From Amoebophrya sp. A120 (taxonomy: Eukaryota; Protista; Dinoflagellata), in NCBI GenBank assembly GCA_905178155.1, contig CAJINV010000003.1, forward strand, positions 956,968 to 1,020,967: a stretch of DNA of 64,000 bases, in the 5' to 3' direction. The notes beneath the pieces were generated by a model, which saw nothing but the letters and a program-made list of their open reading frames with translations, ran no database searches and was not told where the DNA came from. Positions 38,001 to 49,618 of the stretch are shown here, one piece after another (within the stretch, counting starts at the first letter, position 1; each line of letters opens with the position of its first letter). Both the position numbers and the translations under genes were made by a program.

Positions 38001-40009
38001 CAGCCGGCGCAGCATCTTCATTTTTCCGCAGAGGAAAATATCCTTCCGCCGTCAGCGTTGGGACCACATGGTCGTAGAAAAATTCTGCCAAGAATTGCAC
38101 GCGTATCGACTGCTGGCAGTTCATTCTGGCAGCTCTAGTACAACGCCTCCTCGCGAAATGCGGGCCCCAAGCCTTGTTCACGAGACGTTTCACCACGATG
38201 TAGACGACCAGGGGGCTCCGCAGCCCGACGGCGCCCTCGGCCGCAGGGTTTCTATGTGCTTTCATTCTCCACCAGTATTCTTTCGCATATTCGACGGCGA
38301 AGCTGAGCAGCTCTTCGTAATTCGGGTAGATATAATTATCGGGCTGTTCTTCCCAGTCGGGCCGTGTCACGCTCATATCAAATGCAAAAGTGTCTGGGTC
38401 TGGAAACTTGTGATGCTGGGTGGCGTATCATGAGGAGGCCACAAGTGCTGGCTCGTCAGCATGAGAAGTTTCTGAGCTTCTAGGTGTTGCCTATGCTGCA
38501 TGACAAACTGCGTTTCATTCTGCATGACAGAAAAGTGGCGTTCTTGGGTAACGTGCATGACAGATTTGAGAGTCATGCCAGACACGCATGACAAACATGG
38601 ACTCTTCCAGACCCAGACATTTTTACATTTGATAGCTCACGGTTGAGAGCAAGTCTCTGGTCACTTGAGACGCGCCGACGTCAGGATTTACCCCGTGCTC
38701 GATATCGAGTCTCTCCTATCAAACAAAAAAAGTTTGTCACGATCACTCATGCGCATTTTTGCAATCCAAAATAGTGTGTCAGTGTCATGGGTAAAAATGC
38801 ATCACAGCCAAACTTCATAAGGGATTTCCCTAGTGTTTCTGCAATACAAGGAAAAGCTGTGATGCTAAAAAAATTTGCAATGCAAAACCTGCAAGTTAGT
38901 GACTGTGACAGACTTTTTTCTTTCCTTATCTCCAGCCGCTTGTCTAGTGATTGGTCGGTCTTGCAAGAACTTGCTGCAGCGGACATCGCGAGACTTCTCG
39001 GATGATCTTGATCATGTGATAGCTGTGAACTTGGACTTGCTGCAGCGGACATCGCGAGACTTCTCGGATGATCATGATGTGATACCTGCTGCCTCGAGGA
39101 AGACGCTCCAGCTGCACCAGCAGCCGCCACAACAACGTCAGGCCGTGGCTGGCGCAAGAAGAGCGGCCTGCTAGCTCGAGCTGCTGAGCAGTCTTCTACG
39201 GCACTAGAAGTTTTATCCCGCTGTTTTTGTTTTAGAAGAACGCAAGTTCCAGCACCATCTCCTCCAGCCGCGGGCACGACTGCGTCGAGTCGTGTCCCAC
39301 CAGAGACCTCAGCCGCTGTCGCCGCTCCTGGCCCCCGCACACGACAAGCCGTTGACTCGTCGTCGAGCAGCATTTGATGATCATCATTTGGTTGTTTCGG
39401 GTCGTCCACGTCGGCAAGAACTTCCTCAACAACATCAACACCACCAGACAGCCACGACTCGCTGCACTCATCATCTTCACGGCTGCTTGCAGCCACGTCC
39501 CCAAGCTCTTCTAGATCAGCCGCATCTACTGCCTTTGGAAGATCTTCGCGATCATCCTTTACCTGCTCATCATCTTCACTGTGATCTATTGATGTTGTCG
39601 CAAACAGAAACAGCTCTTGCTCTTGTTTCTGCAAGTACCCCTGCGCCACCAGCTTTGGCACTGCGTGCCCCCAGAAGAATTCGCGCCAGCTCGAATTCCT
39701 CAGCTTGTTCACCGTACTATGCGTGCGCAAAGCGGCCCGCACCAACCTGGTCATCACAAAGTAGACGCAACTGGAGCTCTGCAGGCGAGAGGCGAGCTCA
39801 GTCGGGTGATCATGTGCTTCAATTATTTCCAGGTACTTGCTCGCATATTCGACGACAAAGCTGAGTAGCGATTCGTAGGTGGTCAGGTCGTACCTAGGCC
39901 GTCTGCTCTCCATGGTCCAGAGCAGCACTCTGGTCGCTTGCGACGCGCCGACGTCGGGGTTTACCTCCATCACATTGGTATCGAGCCAGTTCATCCACCT
40001 GATCAACAT
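35010..40009 (-). CDS. Hypothetical protein with four copies of an unrecognised ~120-150-aa helical domain; three introners, one in-frame TAA (36677-79), assembly duplication 37080-37774
   Basis: Repeats NP(DE)DVG...R.LL.T...Y..LLSF(V/A)VE.A..Y...AH ... FF..H..P.L...GY; introner removal restores frame. Confidence 0.65.
35093..35311. mobile_element. Introner family E (219 bp)
   Basis: TIR tatca(tga)gagtgcacaactccccctccccctcatttgt; TSD ccgcg. Confidence 0.9.
38376..38634. mobile_element. Introner family B (259 bp)
   Basis: TIR tatcaaatg(c/t)aaaa.tgtctgggtctggaa; TSD gctca; join STVS|VTRPDW. Confidence 0.92.
38717..38928. mobile_element. Introner, F-like, diverged (212 bp)
   Basis: TIR ta...aaa.aaaaaagt.tgtcac..tcact; TSD tctcc; join LE|RLDIEHGVNPDVG. 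Confidence 0.8.
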
Positions 40010-40251
40010 GCTTTCGTGTTGTGAGAACTAGCTTTGCAATCCTACTCACAGACGTCTTAGAAAAATTCTAAGAAACACAGATCAGAAATTCTAACTCATA
40101 GACAATCACAGCTTCATAATCATAGAAAAGCAGAGCAATCGCATCTAATCAAAGTCATAAAATAAAAAAAGTCGCGCGCTCACACTCATGGAAAGGCAAA
40201 GAAAATGGATTTTATCAATGCGCGTCACAAGATGTGGGGCGGGGGGGGGGG

Positions 40252-41131
40252 NNNNNNNNNNNNNNNNNNNNNNNNNNNNNNNNNNNNNNNNNNNNNNNNN
40301 NNNNNNNNNNNNNNNNNNNNNNNNNNNNNNNNNNNNNNNNNNNNNNNNNNNNNNNNNNNNNNNNNNNNNNNNNNNNNNNNNNNNNNNNNNNNNNNNNNNN
40401 NNNNNNNNNNNNNNNNNNNNNNNNNNNNNNNNNNNNNNNNNNNNNNNNNNNNNNNNNNNNNNNNNNNNNNNNNNNNNNNNNNNNNNNNNNNNNNNNNNNN
40501 NNNNNNNNNNNNNNNNNNNNNNNNNNNNNNNNNNNNNNNNNNNNNNNNNNNNNNNNNNNNNNNNNNNNNNNNNNNNNNNNNNNNNNNNNNNNNNNNNNNN
40601 NNNNNNNNNNNNNNNNNNNNNNNNNNNNNNNNNNNNNNNNNNNNNNNNNNNNNNNNNNNNNNNNNNNNNNNNNNNNNNNNNNNNNNNNNNNNNNNNNNNN
40701 NNNNNNNNNNNNNNNNNNNNNNNNNNNNNNNNNNNNNNNNNNNNNNNNNNNNNNNNNNNNNNNNNNNNNNNNNNNNNNNNNNNNNNNNNNNNNNNNNNNN
40801 NNNNNNNNNNNNNNNNNNNNNNNNNNNNNNNNNNNNNNNNNNNNNNNNNNNNNNNNNNNNNNNNNNNNNNNNNNNNNNNNNNNNNNNNNNNNNNNNNNNN
40901 NNNNNNNNNNNNNNNNNNNNNNNNNNNNNNNNNNNNNNNNNNNNNNNNNNNNNNNNNNNNNNNNNNNNNNNNNNNNNNNNNNNNNNNNNNNNNNNNNNNN
41001 NNNNNNNNNNNNNNNNNNNNNNNNNNNNNNNNNNNNNNNNNNNNNNNNNNNNNNNNNNNNNNNNNNNNNNNNNNNNNNNNNNNNNNNNNNNNNNNNNNNN
41101 NNNNNNNNNNNNNNNNNNNNNNNNNNNNNNN
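40252..41131. other. Assembly gap (880 N) flanked by poly-G runs
   Basis: N run with G homopolymers on both sides. Confidence 0.99.
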
Positions 41132-41877
41132 GGGGGGGGGGCGAGGGCCCCCCGCACTTCATCAACATCATAATCGCCATCGTGTACGTGGAGCGGAGAT
41201 ACTAATCATCACCATCGTCATCATTCATGAGACTGTGGCGACTCTTCCATCATCATCATCATCATCATCGCCATCATTGATTCACATCCGAGAAGATGGC
41301 GGCGAAGACCAACCTGCGCGCGCCATTTTCTCAAAAGTGGGGCGGGGGCCGTGCTTCATTTTTGTTTTTCAGATTTGCAAACGCGGCCCGCATGGTTTTT
41401 TTCGCACAGACGACGATCGAGGGACCGACAGGCGGCGCGTGCCAACGCCCTAACGCAAAGAAAAAGCCGAGTGGAAGACGAAAGTAGACCGATCGGGGCG
41501 CCACGTTTCAACCCATCCAGAAGCAGCCTCCTACATAGGAGTCAACATTGGCTACAGACGCCAACGCGTCCACTTCGTTCTATCTAATAGCACCACAGCC
41601 ACAACAGTAGCGCAACACACGCTCGAGCTCCAGCAACAGGGGACAACATTCACTCTCTCGATGCGCGCGGCGTTCCCTCAACGTGCGCAAGAGGCAGGGC
41701 CACGCGCACCTAGCTGCTAGCGTGCCGCTTGCAAAATGTACTGCGATCGAGAATCAGCGTTGGGGTTCGTTTGGGTCTTGGACAATATTTACAACACCGA
41801 GCGACCACGCTGCCGCGGCGACTTCCCAAGAGCTCGCTCTCATCTACAGCCTCTAGCTCAGCGCCAAGTCCTGTCAT

Positions 41878-42393
41878 CTAAATATTCATATTTCTGAAAT
41901 AGTTCGGGCGCAGAGTCACGTCAGGGCGCAACTCGCGGAGAGCGCGATCCGCCACGTCTATAAAGTTCTCCGATGCTCGGTAGTCCAAGTCCAGGATGTA
42001 CTTCCCCGGGCGCCATGAAATCAGCCACCAATCTTCGCCCGCAAGCATAGCGCTGGCGGTCTCCTTTTGTCCCTTTGGTTTCTGCGACGTGAAGAACCAG
42101 CAAACGACGTGGCCGCTGGCGGCCTTCGAGTCCCCGACCCAGATGTATTCCGCACGGTTTGCGCCGTCGGCGCGTCCCTCTCTCTCCGAACCCGTGCGCC
42201 GGTGGTACATGGCGCCCCGAATTAAATCCACCTTTCGCCCCTTTTCATCCGGATGATTGGGGAAATCCGGCTTCGACATTGGTTGCAGAGTGGAGAGTGT
42301 CTCACAAGCTTCTACTACTAGCTGCGAAGCTGCACTTGCAGTGGGAGATGGAACAACAATGATAGAGAGGAAAAAGATCGACGGCGCCAACAC
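41878..42393 (-). CDS. Hypothetical small protein, possibly secreted
   Basis: 171-aa ORF with a hydrophobic N-terminus and coding-like composition; no recognised domain; start is a non-ATG codon. Confidence 0.4.
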   Translation of the reverse strand: MLAPSIFFLSIIVVPSPTASAASQLVVEACETLSTLQPMSKPDFPNHPDEKGRKVDLIRGAMYHRRTGSEREGRADGANRAEYIWVGDSKAASGHVVCWFFTSQKPKGQKETASAMLAGEDWWLISWRPGKYILDLDYRASENFIDVADRALRELRPDVTLRPNYFRNMNI

Positions 42394-45300
42394 AACGATG
42401 GAGCTTAATACTTATAGCAATGGGTAAAAGCTAGGCGCTCTCTAAATGTAAACGATTGCAGTGGAAAAAAGAAAAGCAAAAACTAGGCGCGTCGCTGTTC
42501 GGAGGTGGAATGTGGATGGGAGAGGGTGGGGCGATTGTATGACCCAAAGCCAAGCCTATACGGATTCACGAGCGCAAGGACGCAGGAACCTGCCCGCGCC
42601 CCCGCCTGTGGCATACGTGCCCGGCGTGGCTTTTTGCTTATCGTTTCATGATCCTGGGCCTTGCCTGCTCTTGGCTGAGTGTCTTCTTTTCTGATCGATC
42701 GTTTGTTTTTTTATCATCGTCTTATCATCATAATCATCATCATCACCACCATCGTCTATCCTGCGCGAGGTATTGCGCAATAGAGGGCTAACAGGTTTCT
42801 TCATGGCAGCAGGAGACAGCGCTTTTAGTTTCTTAATTGCTGAAGAAGCGCCTTCTTCTGTCTGGGTACTTCTGACGTGTGCGCGGGGAAAATAAGTCGG
42901 ATCCTCAATACGTACGCAGGGAGAGAAGCGCGCAAACCCGGAAGGGGCTTGCGGCAATCTTCCCCGCGAGCGGGACACTGCGGCGCCATACCCTTACGAA
43001 GGCTTCGCGTGTGCTCCCTACTGAGTCCACTGCGCCTCTGCGACAAAAGTTCGCGCGAGCGGCTGCGTGTCCCTGCAGGACGGGTTCCGGGCGGTCTGCC
43101 CCCCACAAGGGACTTCCCGCCTTCCTTGCTTACTCACGCACCTCCTCCCCTACGCCTACTACCCATTCTAGCGCAAGTTTGCGTTGTCACGCCGAGCGGG
43201 CGAAGCTTTTCGAGTCTCGTATGACACTACGGCCCAAGAACAACGCGGGGTGTGAGAGATGCGGTCTCACCTACAGCTAGTGGCAGATGCACGGCTTTCG
43301 CGAAGATGCGGTTCGCTACCGGCCGAGGATACAAAGGAAATACAAAGTTGAAACATGTCCGCTGAAGATGCGGTTCAGCGGGCTGCATACTAAACGGCGA
43401 GAACATCTGCATAAGGCAGGAGCCTTTACTCATACTGATGTGAATATCGAGAATAGTCGTGATCTGAGTCGACCTCAATCGTCAAATCATCGCGCACTCG
43501 GAGAACGTCGACAGTCGGATCCGGTGGGGGCGAAAAGCCGCGTTTGTGATGCATTTCCATTTACATACAGATCACGCAGAAATAAGAATATCAATATAGA
43601 TTAATACGCGAAATGCGTAAAAGACGATCAGCGATAGGCGCTGGTCCGAGAAAACAACATAGGGCAGATAAGCCGCTAGCCAGCCGACAAAGTCGACTAT
43701 GGCAGCGTTTGTACAGGTCTCACGGTCAGTCGTTCTCTGCGGGAAGAAATTACGGTCAGTCAACAAGGTCCCTACGGTCAGTCAACAAGAAGAAATTATT
43801 TGAAGAAACTGCTCTATCGATATCAATTATCTCGCCATCTGCTCTTCTCGACCAACACGGCAGAACACCAACAACAAGCGAAAAAAGATGAATAAAAGCT
43901 CGAACATAATAATTCGATTTCACCAGCACGGCGCCTTGTGCGCTGTTTTTTGCGAAGATCAATTGTTATCGGTGACGAGTCTTATTTCAACAAGGATCTG
44001 GGCCTGGGGGTAATCATTCGTGGTGCTTCATCCTTGGACAAGCTCGAAGATGAGCCATCTATGGAGTAATAGGAGAAATGGACACGATTCATCCTGACCT
44101 CTTGTTCATCAATATCGAAACCAACTGAGTGCTGCTGGGAAGCAGGTGGTCAGCGGCAACTTTAAGGTTCAGGCAGTTTCGGCACCACAGGTGTTCTTGA
44201 GTGCTGCGGCCCATAAGCTCGCTCCTCTTTCTCCACAACTACTGATCGTGCTTCAGCTCGCTGTCGCTCGTCCTCTTGGTGATCTATAAGTGTACGTACA
44301 GCAGGCAACCTTCGTACCTGCCACGATCGATGCCTACGAATGTTAAAAGGTAATATTGAAGGGTATTGTTGTACTGTAAGGAGGTGGGAAATCAGAGAAA
44401 TAAATTTACGTCATTCGATTGCCGTGATGCTCTCGTCGAGCAGCAGGGCAGACAAAAGTCGTAGTCGCAGCACCACGCCGTGGTTCTGTGACATCAACAG
44501 GAAGAATCAGAATCTTTATCTTTATCGGGTAGGTTCGTATAACAATATTCTTATTTTCGTGGTCCGGGGGACGACTCCTTTTGCGCTATATTACTTAGAG
44601 CTATTTCTATGTTTTCGCGCGTGGACGACGACGATTCTTCGGTGTCGCTTCTGACAACTGTTATAATATCGAGGATCTTGGTTGATCTGTCTGAGCCGAA
44701 TGCTCTCTGCAGGGGTAGGGTACCTTCTTCAAACGCCTTCTCGTTGGGGTACTGTGAGCTGATTTGAAAGGGTACTAACTTATTCACAACAGAGACATTT
44801 TCCAAGCAAAATATCGTATAGAAGAATCGTTTGTACATTGGCGATTTTCTGGCTTTTCAGCTAGAGGGGGATTGAACCTTAGATGAAGTTGGGTAGAAAA
44901 TACTTATCAGCTTGGAATCAAATTTTTTCGAAACAAAGTCAAGGGTGTCAATCTAAATGAGTTTTGAATAAATTTTTTGTTTTCTCTGCTCGACTTTGCG
45001 ATCATACTAGCAAAATAGAAAGCCAAGAAGGTTGTAGAGCTTTTCTACTTCTAGCCACCGCATTTGTCACTGTCTGAGCGTGAGTATTAAACTGTATCTA
45101 CAACAAGCCAAGATGAAACAATGAAGGAAACGCTGTGAGGCTGTATCACTGGGCCACAACGACCCTAGGCCTAGAATGCATCTCAAGTTGTAAACTACTC
45201 CGGTGATGCTGGACAATCTGCAACTTCTGCATTACGGCATTGTTTCTCTGGTGGAAGATGATGAGAGCAGCTGGTACTTGTTCGGGATTTACTCTTGAAG

Positions 45301-45649
45301 TCGAAAATTCAGCTTTTTGTTTTTTACTTGTCGATGTCGATAGGGCCTTATTTTTTTTTTGAATCAAAATGGATGAAGAAAGTTGAAGGTGAAGTTGTAA
45401 CTGCTGCTCCAGGGATTTGTGTTTCTGCTCTTTTTATCTCCTTCTAGCTCGGTCGTCTACATAATTGTGGGTAACACATTTTTAGCACAATTAGCCCTGG
45501 TGCGTATAATTGATTCGTCTTGAAGTTTTTTCTCAAGGTAAGACTGCTCTCTTGTATAATGGTAGTTGTAAGCAAGAAACGAGGCAACTTTTGCTCCTGT
45601 GCCTGATAATTTGTTGAATAAACTAACCCTCCATTTTTCCGCAGACTTG

Positions 45650-48474
45650 TTACTGCACCGTAACAACTTCTTCCACCACTTCCCCCTCCTTCTCGACCTT
45701 CTCGATGAATGCCTCCAGTGTGGGGGTTTTTGCCTTTTCCGCAGACGAGGTCGCTTGTTCCGCACAACTGGCTTCTTCCTCCACCTTGCTCGCTTCAACA
45801 TCTTCATGCCCGGCCGCGGCGACGCCCGCCTCGGCCGCTTCGCCTTCGGGTCCTTCGCCCGCATCTTCGACTTGTTCCTTCTTCTCCTCTTCCTCTGCAG
45901 AAACGCTCGACGTGGTGGCAGGCACGGCACCCGCGGCGACCTCGGCCGCCCGCGCGGGCGGACTGAGGATGTCCGCCGCGGTTTCCTCCGGAATGACGGA
46001 TTGCTTGGAAGACATGACCGACCCGCCGAACAGGCTGGAGAACTTCTTGTAGGCGGCCACGTCCTTCAACGGCTTGCGCACGAAGGACGCCATCCGCTTA
46101 TGAATTACAAAAGTACTAACGTACTAGGATAAATTGCAATACAAGTTGGCTCAGCATTTTTTCAAATTTAATTTGTAATGCGGAGTTGCCTTAGGAGCTA
46201 GTATTTGTAATTATACAAGAGGTGAACACGCTCCACACGTAAAAGGTTAAGCTTGTCGCTTTTCGCTTCTTTGTCTTTCTATTCGCGCTGTAACGTTACA
46301 CTTGGGGCCTTAACGTTACACTTGGGGCCTAATGCATAAATGCAATTAGTACGAGTACGATACTTTTGCGCAGGATACCGCTTCGCCCGACGCGATTTCG
46401 GCGACAGCACCGGGGCCGCGTCCTCGTCCTCCTCGGCCGTGGTGGTCGCGGCCTCCAGAAACGCGGTGGACGCCGGCTTCGTCTTGTTCGAGGGCGGTCC
46501 CTCGCCCGAAGACGCTTCCTCCGCACTTGCCGACGCCGGCTTCTTATCCTGTGCAAAAGTATCGCACTCGTATTGCAATCATGCATATACAAATCTTTTT
46601 GTTTTTGTTAAGTCAAATACGCAGTACAAATTTTATTTCTCATGCTGAGGAAATTTGTAGTGCATTTATACGAGTACGAGACTGTTGCACAGGATACTTC
46701 TCGCTCGCCGCTTCGTCCGCACTGGAGCTGCTCGGTTGGCTTTCCACCGAACTCTTGGATCCCTTGTTGTTGGTGCCAGTCTCTTGCAGCTCCTTCGAAT
46801 CCTTGCTGGCCCGTTTCGAACCCTGGTATGGAATGGATTGCGGATTTTTGGTATAATTGGGAGTTCTTGATGAGGTTGAGGGAAACTAGCAGAGATAACA
46901 TCAAGTTTAGCTGTTTTTATGCTGCAGTAGAGCCGGAGATCGCTCACGCGCGACGCTGCTCCACGTTTTGAGCAAACGCGAACAGCAGCAGCGTTCACAC
47001 TCTATTGTTCTTTTGAAAAAGATATTGGAATACATCCAACCAGTTTGGACGTAAAAAAAAACAGAATCTTGATCTTCAACTTCACCTTGTTTGGATTTAG
47101 AAGCAACAGATATAAAAGAAATTCTTTTTGTACCGGCTTGGAGCCGTTCCCCGGCTGCGCGGTTTTGTTTTGCGCGGCGACAGCACCCTGGTTCGGGCGG
47201 GTCTGCTTCATCTGGCGGCGGGTCTGCTTCTGCTGGCTGTTCGCGTACTGCTGCAACTTTTGGTCCTCGGAGGATTTGGAGGAAGACGCAGCTGCCACGC
47301 CGGCCGCTGGAGTTGCTGCCCCCGGACCAGCGGTCGTGGCGTCCCGGCTCTCGCGGGTACCGCGGTACTTGAACCGCCAGGTGTTCCGCACCACTGGGCG
47401 CACGCCATTTCCATTGTTGGTGGTGGCCTTGGACAGGTCGTGGTGGCTGGAAGCCGCTGCAGGAGCTCCGGACTGGTCATAGAACGAACCGTGCTTCATC
47501 ATGCCGCGGTAGTGGTCGGACTTTTCTTTGCTGCCGTTACGCGAGGTTGACCCCGGCGGCCCATGATAGGAACTACTACCGTACCCGCCGTAACTGTAGC
47601 CGTAGTACGAGTCGTAGCCGCCCGCCGGCGCGCCGCCCCAGGCATGATGCGGTGGTCCCGCCGCGGGGGCTTTGCTCCCGGGGGGCGTGTATCCAGTGCT
47701 CGCGGTACCGCGCTGCGTCCACTGCTCACCGTGATACCAACTGGCCATCGGATCCATCCACGGGCCGTGGTTCGGATCCACGATCACCACCGGAGAGGTC
47801 GTCGGCTGCGGATGCACCATCACGGGCGCCGGGGGCGGAACGGGGACGCGGGACGAGTGTTTATGGCGTTCTCAGACGTTACATTCTCAACTATTACATG
47901 GATTTGTCATGCAAATTAGCCATGAATATCGACACGACCAAGCTGCTTCGCATGACAAGTTCGCGACTTGCTAGATAGCATGAGAATCTACGCCAATAAA
48001 CCTGTAATGCAAAAGGCGCAATCTTTTTTTTTTTTTTTCAATTTTGCCACTCTTGCATTGCAAATTCATGTAACAGTTGAGAATGTAACATTTGAGAATT
48101 CCATAGTTTTCCGCGGTTCCTTTGGAGCTGTGCGACGTGGTCGTGCCCGAGAAGGGGTGCGCCGGTTGGTGCACAGCCGCTCCTGCCTGCGGGTGCGGCG
48201 GCATCGGCGCGACAGCCAGGTACTGCGGACCACCCGCCGCGCCGGCGAAGAGGTGGTGCGCGGAGGTCCCGAACAGATTCGGGTCCAAGGCCAGATACTG
48301 ACTCTCATGGTACAACGGTTGATGGTGCGTCGCGGCAGCAGTCGTGTACACCAGCTGCGGGTGGTGCATCAGTACCTGGTGATGGTGGCTCGTCGGGCCC
48401 GCAACGCCCGGGGGCGGCATCAACACCTGCGGAGCCGCTGGTACCATCTGGTGCACCGCCGGCGGTGGCGGCAC
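45650..48474 (-). CDS. Hypothetical low-complexity (Pro/His/Gln-rich then acidic) protein, 5' end incomplete; exons ..48106, 47856-47134, 46885-46697, 46539-46378, 46093-45650
   Basis: In-frame joins after removing three introners and one GT-AG intron (46886-47133). Confidence 0.65.
46099..46377. mobile_element. Introner family C (279 bp, with an internal 20-bp tandem duplication at 46291-46330)
   Basis: Ends tatgaattacaaaagtac / tatcctgcgcaaaagtatcg; TSD ccgct; join AKR|MASFVRK. Confidence 0.88.
46545..46696. mobile_element. Introner family C (152 bp)
   Basis: TIR tatcctgtgcaa.agt.tcg.actcgtat; TSD cttct; closely similar to 56231-56387. Confidence 0.92.
47862..48105. mobile_element. Introner family A (244 bp)
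   Basis: TIR tatgg..ttctca.a.gttacattctcaact.ttacatg; TSD gtgtt/gtttt; join AEN|SSRVPVPP. Confidence 0.9.
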
Positions 48475-49459
48475 TTGGTGCTGTTTTGGAAGTTCCAGTT
48501 CCTTATTTGTTGATAAACAGAAAAAAACAAGAACAAAACTGCTTGATATTTTTTCACTACGCTTAGCAGCCTCAGGAGCTCCTCATAAGTCATAACTACA
48601 GAAGGAAAAGACCATGAAATTGAAAGGGAGAACCCGGACAAGAACTTCAGCTACAACAAGACAAACCATGGCGAATCATGTTAATACCGCTTCCGCACCG
48701 TTCTCCGCCCAGATGACCTCTCTGTGACTGTTCGACATTTTTCAAATCTGGATAAGTATCGGTATTCACGCTTTTGTCTTCAATAATTTGCGCGATTTAG
48801 CACACACAACATGTGCCTCAGTTTTTCTTTTTTTTCTCCCCAAAAAAAGCCAAACGACTTCTTTTTGACATAGGTGTTTGGAATATTGAACATCGATGCG
48901 ATAGTGAGAACAAGTTGTAGTTTTATTTTACTTTGAAACAAGAAATTTAAACGCGATTTATAATACCATGGGAGATGACGCCTAGGACGATGCGTGGTCT
49001 ATCACGAACTACTAACACGTAGCTGTACGTATCTCTTGCGTTGCCCTTCTGGTGCTTTTCGACGAAGTTCAAACTGCAATGCATTGCTTCGAGATTATGA
49101 CAATTGGAAAAGATACTTTAATTCACTCACGAGCAGCGAGACAAAAACGAACATCAATTGCTCCGTCCTCTTGTTGAGGTCACTCTTCTATTATTTCGAC
49201 ACAACTACATGTCGGAGGTCCAGATCAGTATCCAAGATCCACCTCTCCTGACGCATTGAGGAAAACAGCAGAGGTACTATGAATACCTCATGTTGTCAGG
49301 TGTACTTTTTTACCATGTGGTTGTCGCCACACAATCAAATCTGCCGTCAAGATTGCCGACAACAAGTTGCAGCGCCAGGGGCATCAAGGCTTCATCTTCA
49401 TGTCAAGAATATAAATATATATTGTTTTGAACAGGAACAGCTACAACTGTTTGTTGGCA

Positions 49460-49618
49460 CTGCCGCAGGTCCGACAAAATGTATCGGAATTGACGGTGCT
49501 ACTCCGACAAAATCTGTCGGAAGCCAAGGGAGCTTGATCATTCTAGCGCGAGGCGATGAAAATCACTTGGTCCGACTAGCGCTAGTACATCGAGTTGTAT
49601 TTCAGTTTGTCCGGTTGG
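49460..49618 (-). repeat. Duplicated fragment of the MRM2 3' end and 3' UTR (copy of 55146-55304)
   Basis: 41-nt identical core agcgctagtacatcgagttgtatttcagtttgtccggttgg plus shared hairpin tccgacaaaatctgtcgga. Confidence 0.85.

Noticed and set aside
37080-38470. Apparently exact ~695-bp tandem duplication including a partial family-B introner (37681-37773)
   Set aside because: The copies are separated by a single N at 37774 and the first ends inside a repetitive introner, typical of an unmerged contig overlap.
32636-38594. Recurrent small ORFs (MQNRQHLEAQKLVML..., ...SFQTQTLLHLI) as a peptide family or transposase
   Set aside because: They are chance translations of family-B introners, too short, frame-inconsistent between copies and lacking DDE motifs.
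40188-41453. Long ORFs in the supplied track
   Set aside because: They only read through the N gap.
42461-45440. Numerous short ORFs
   Set aside because: No recognisable domain or consistent exon chain; cannot be supported without transcripts.
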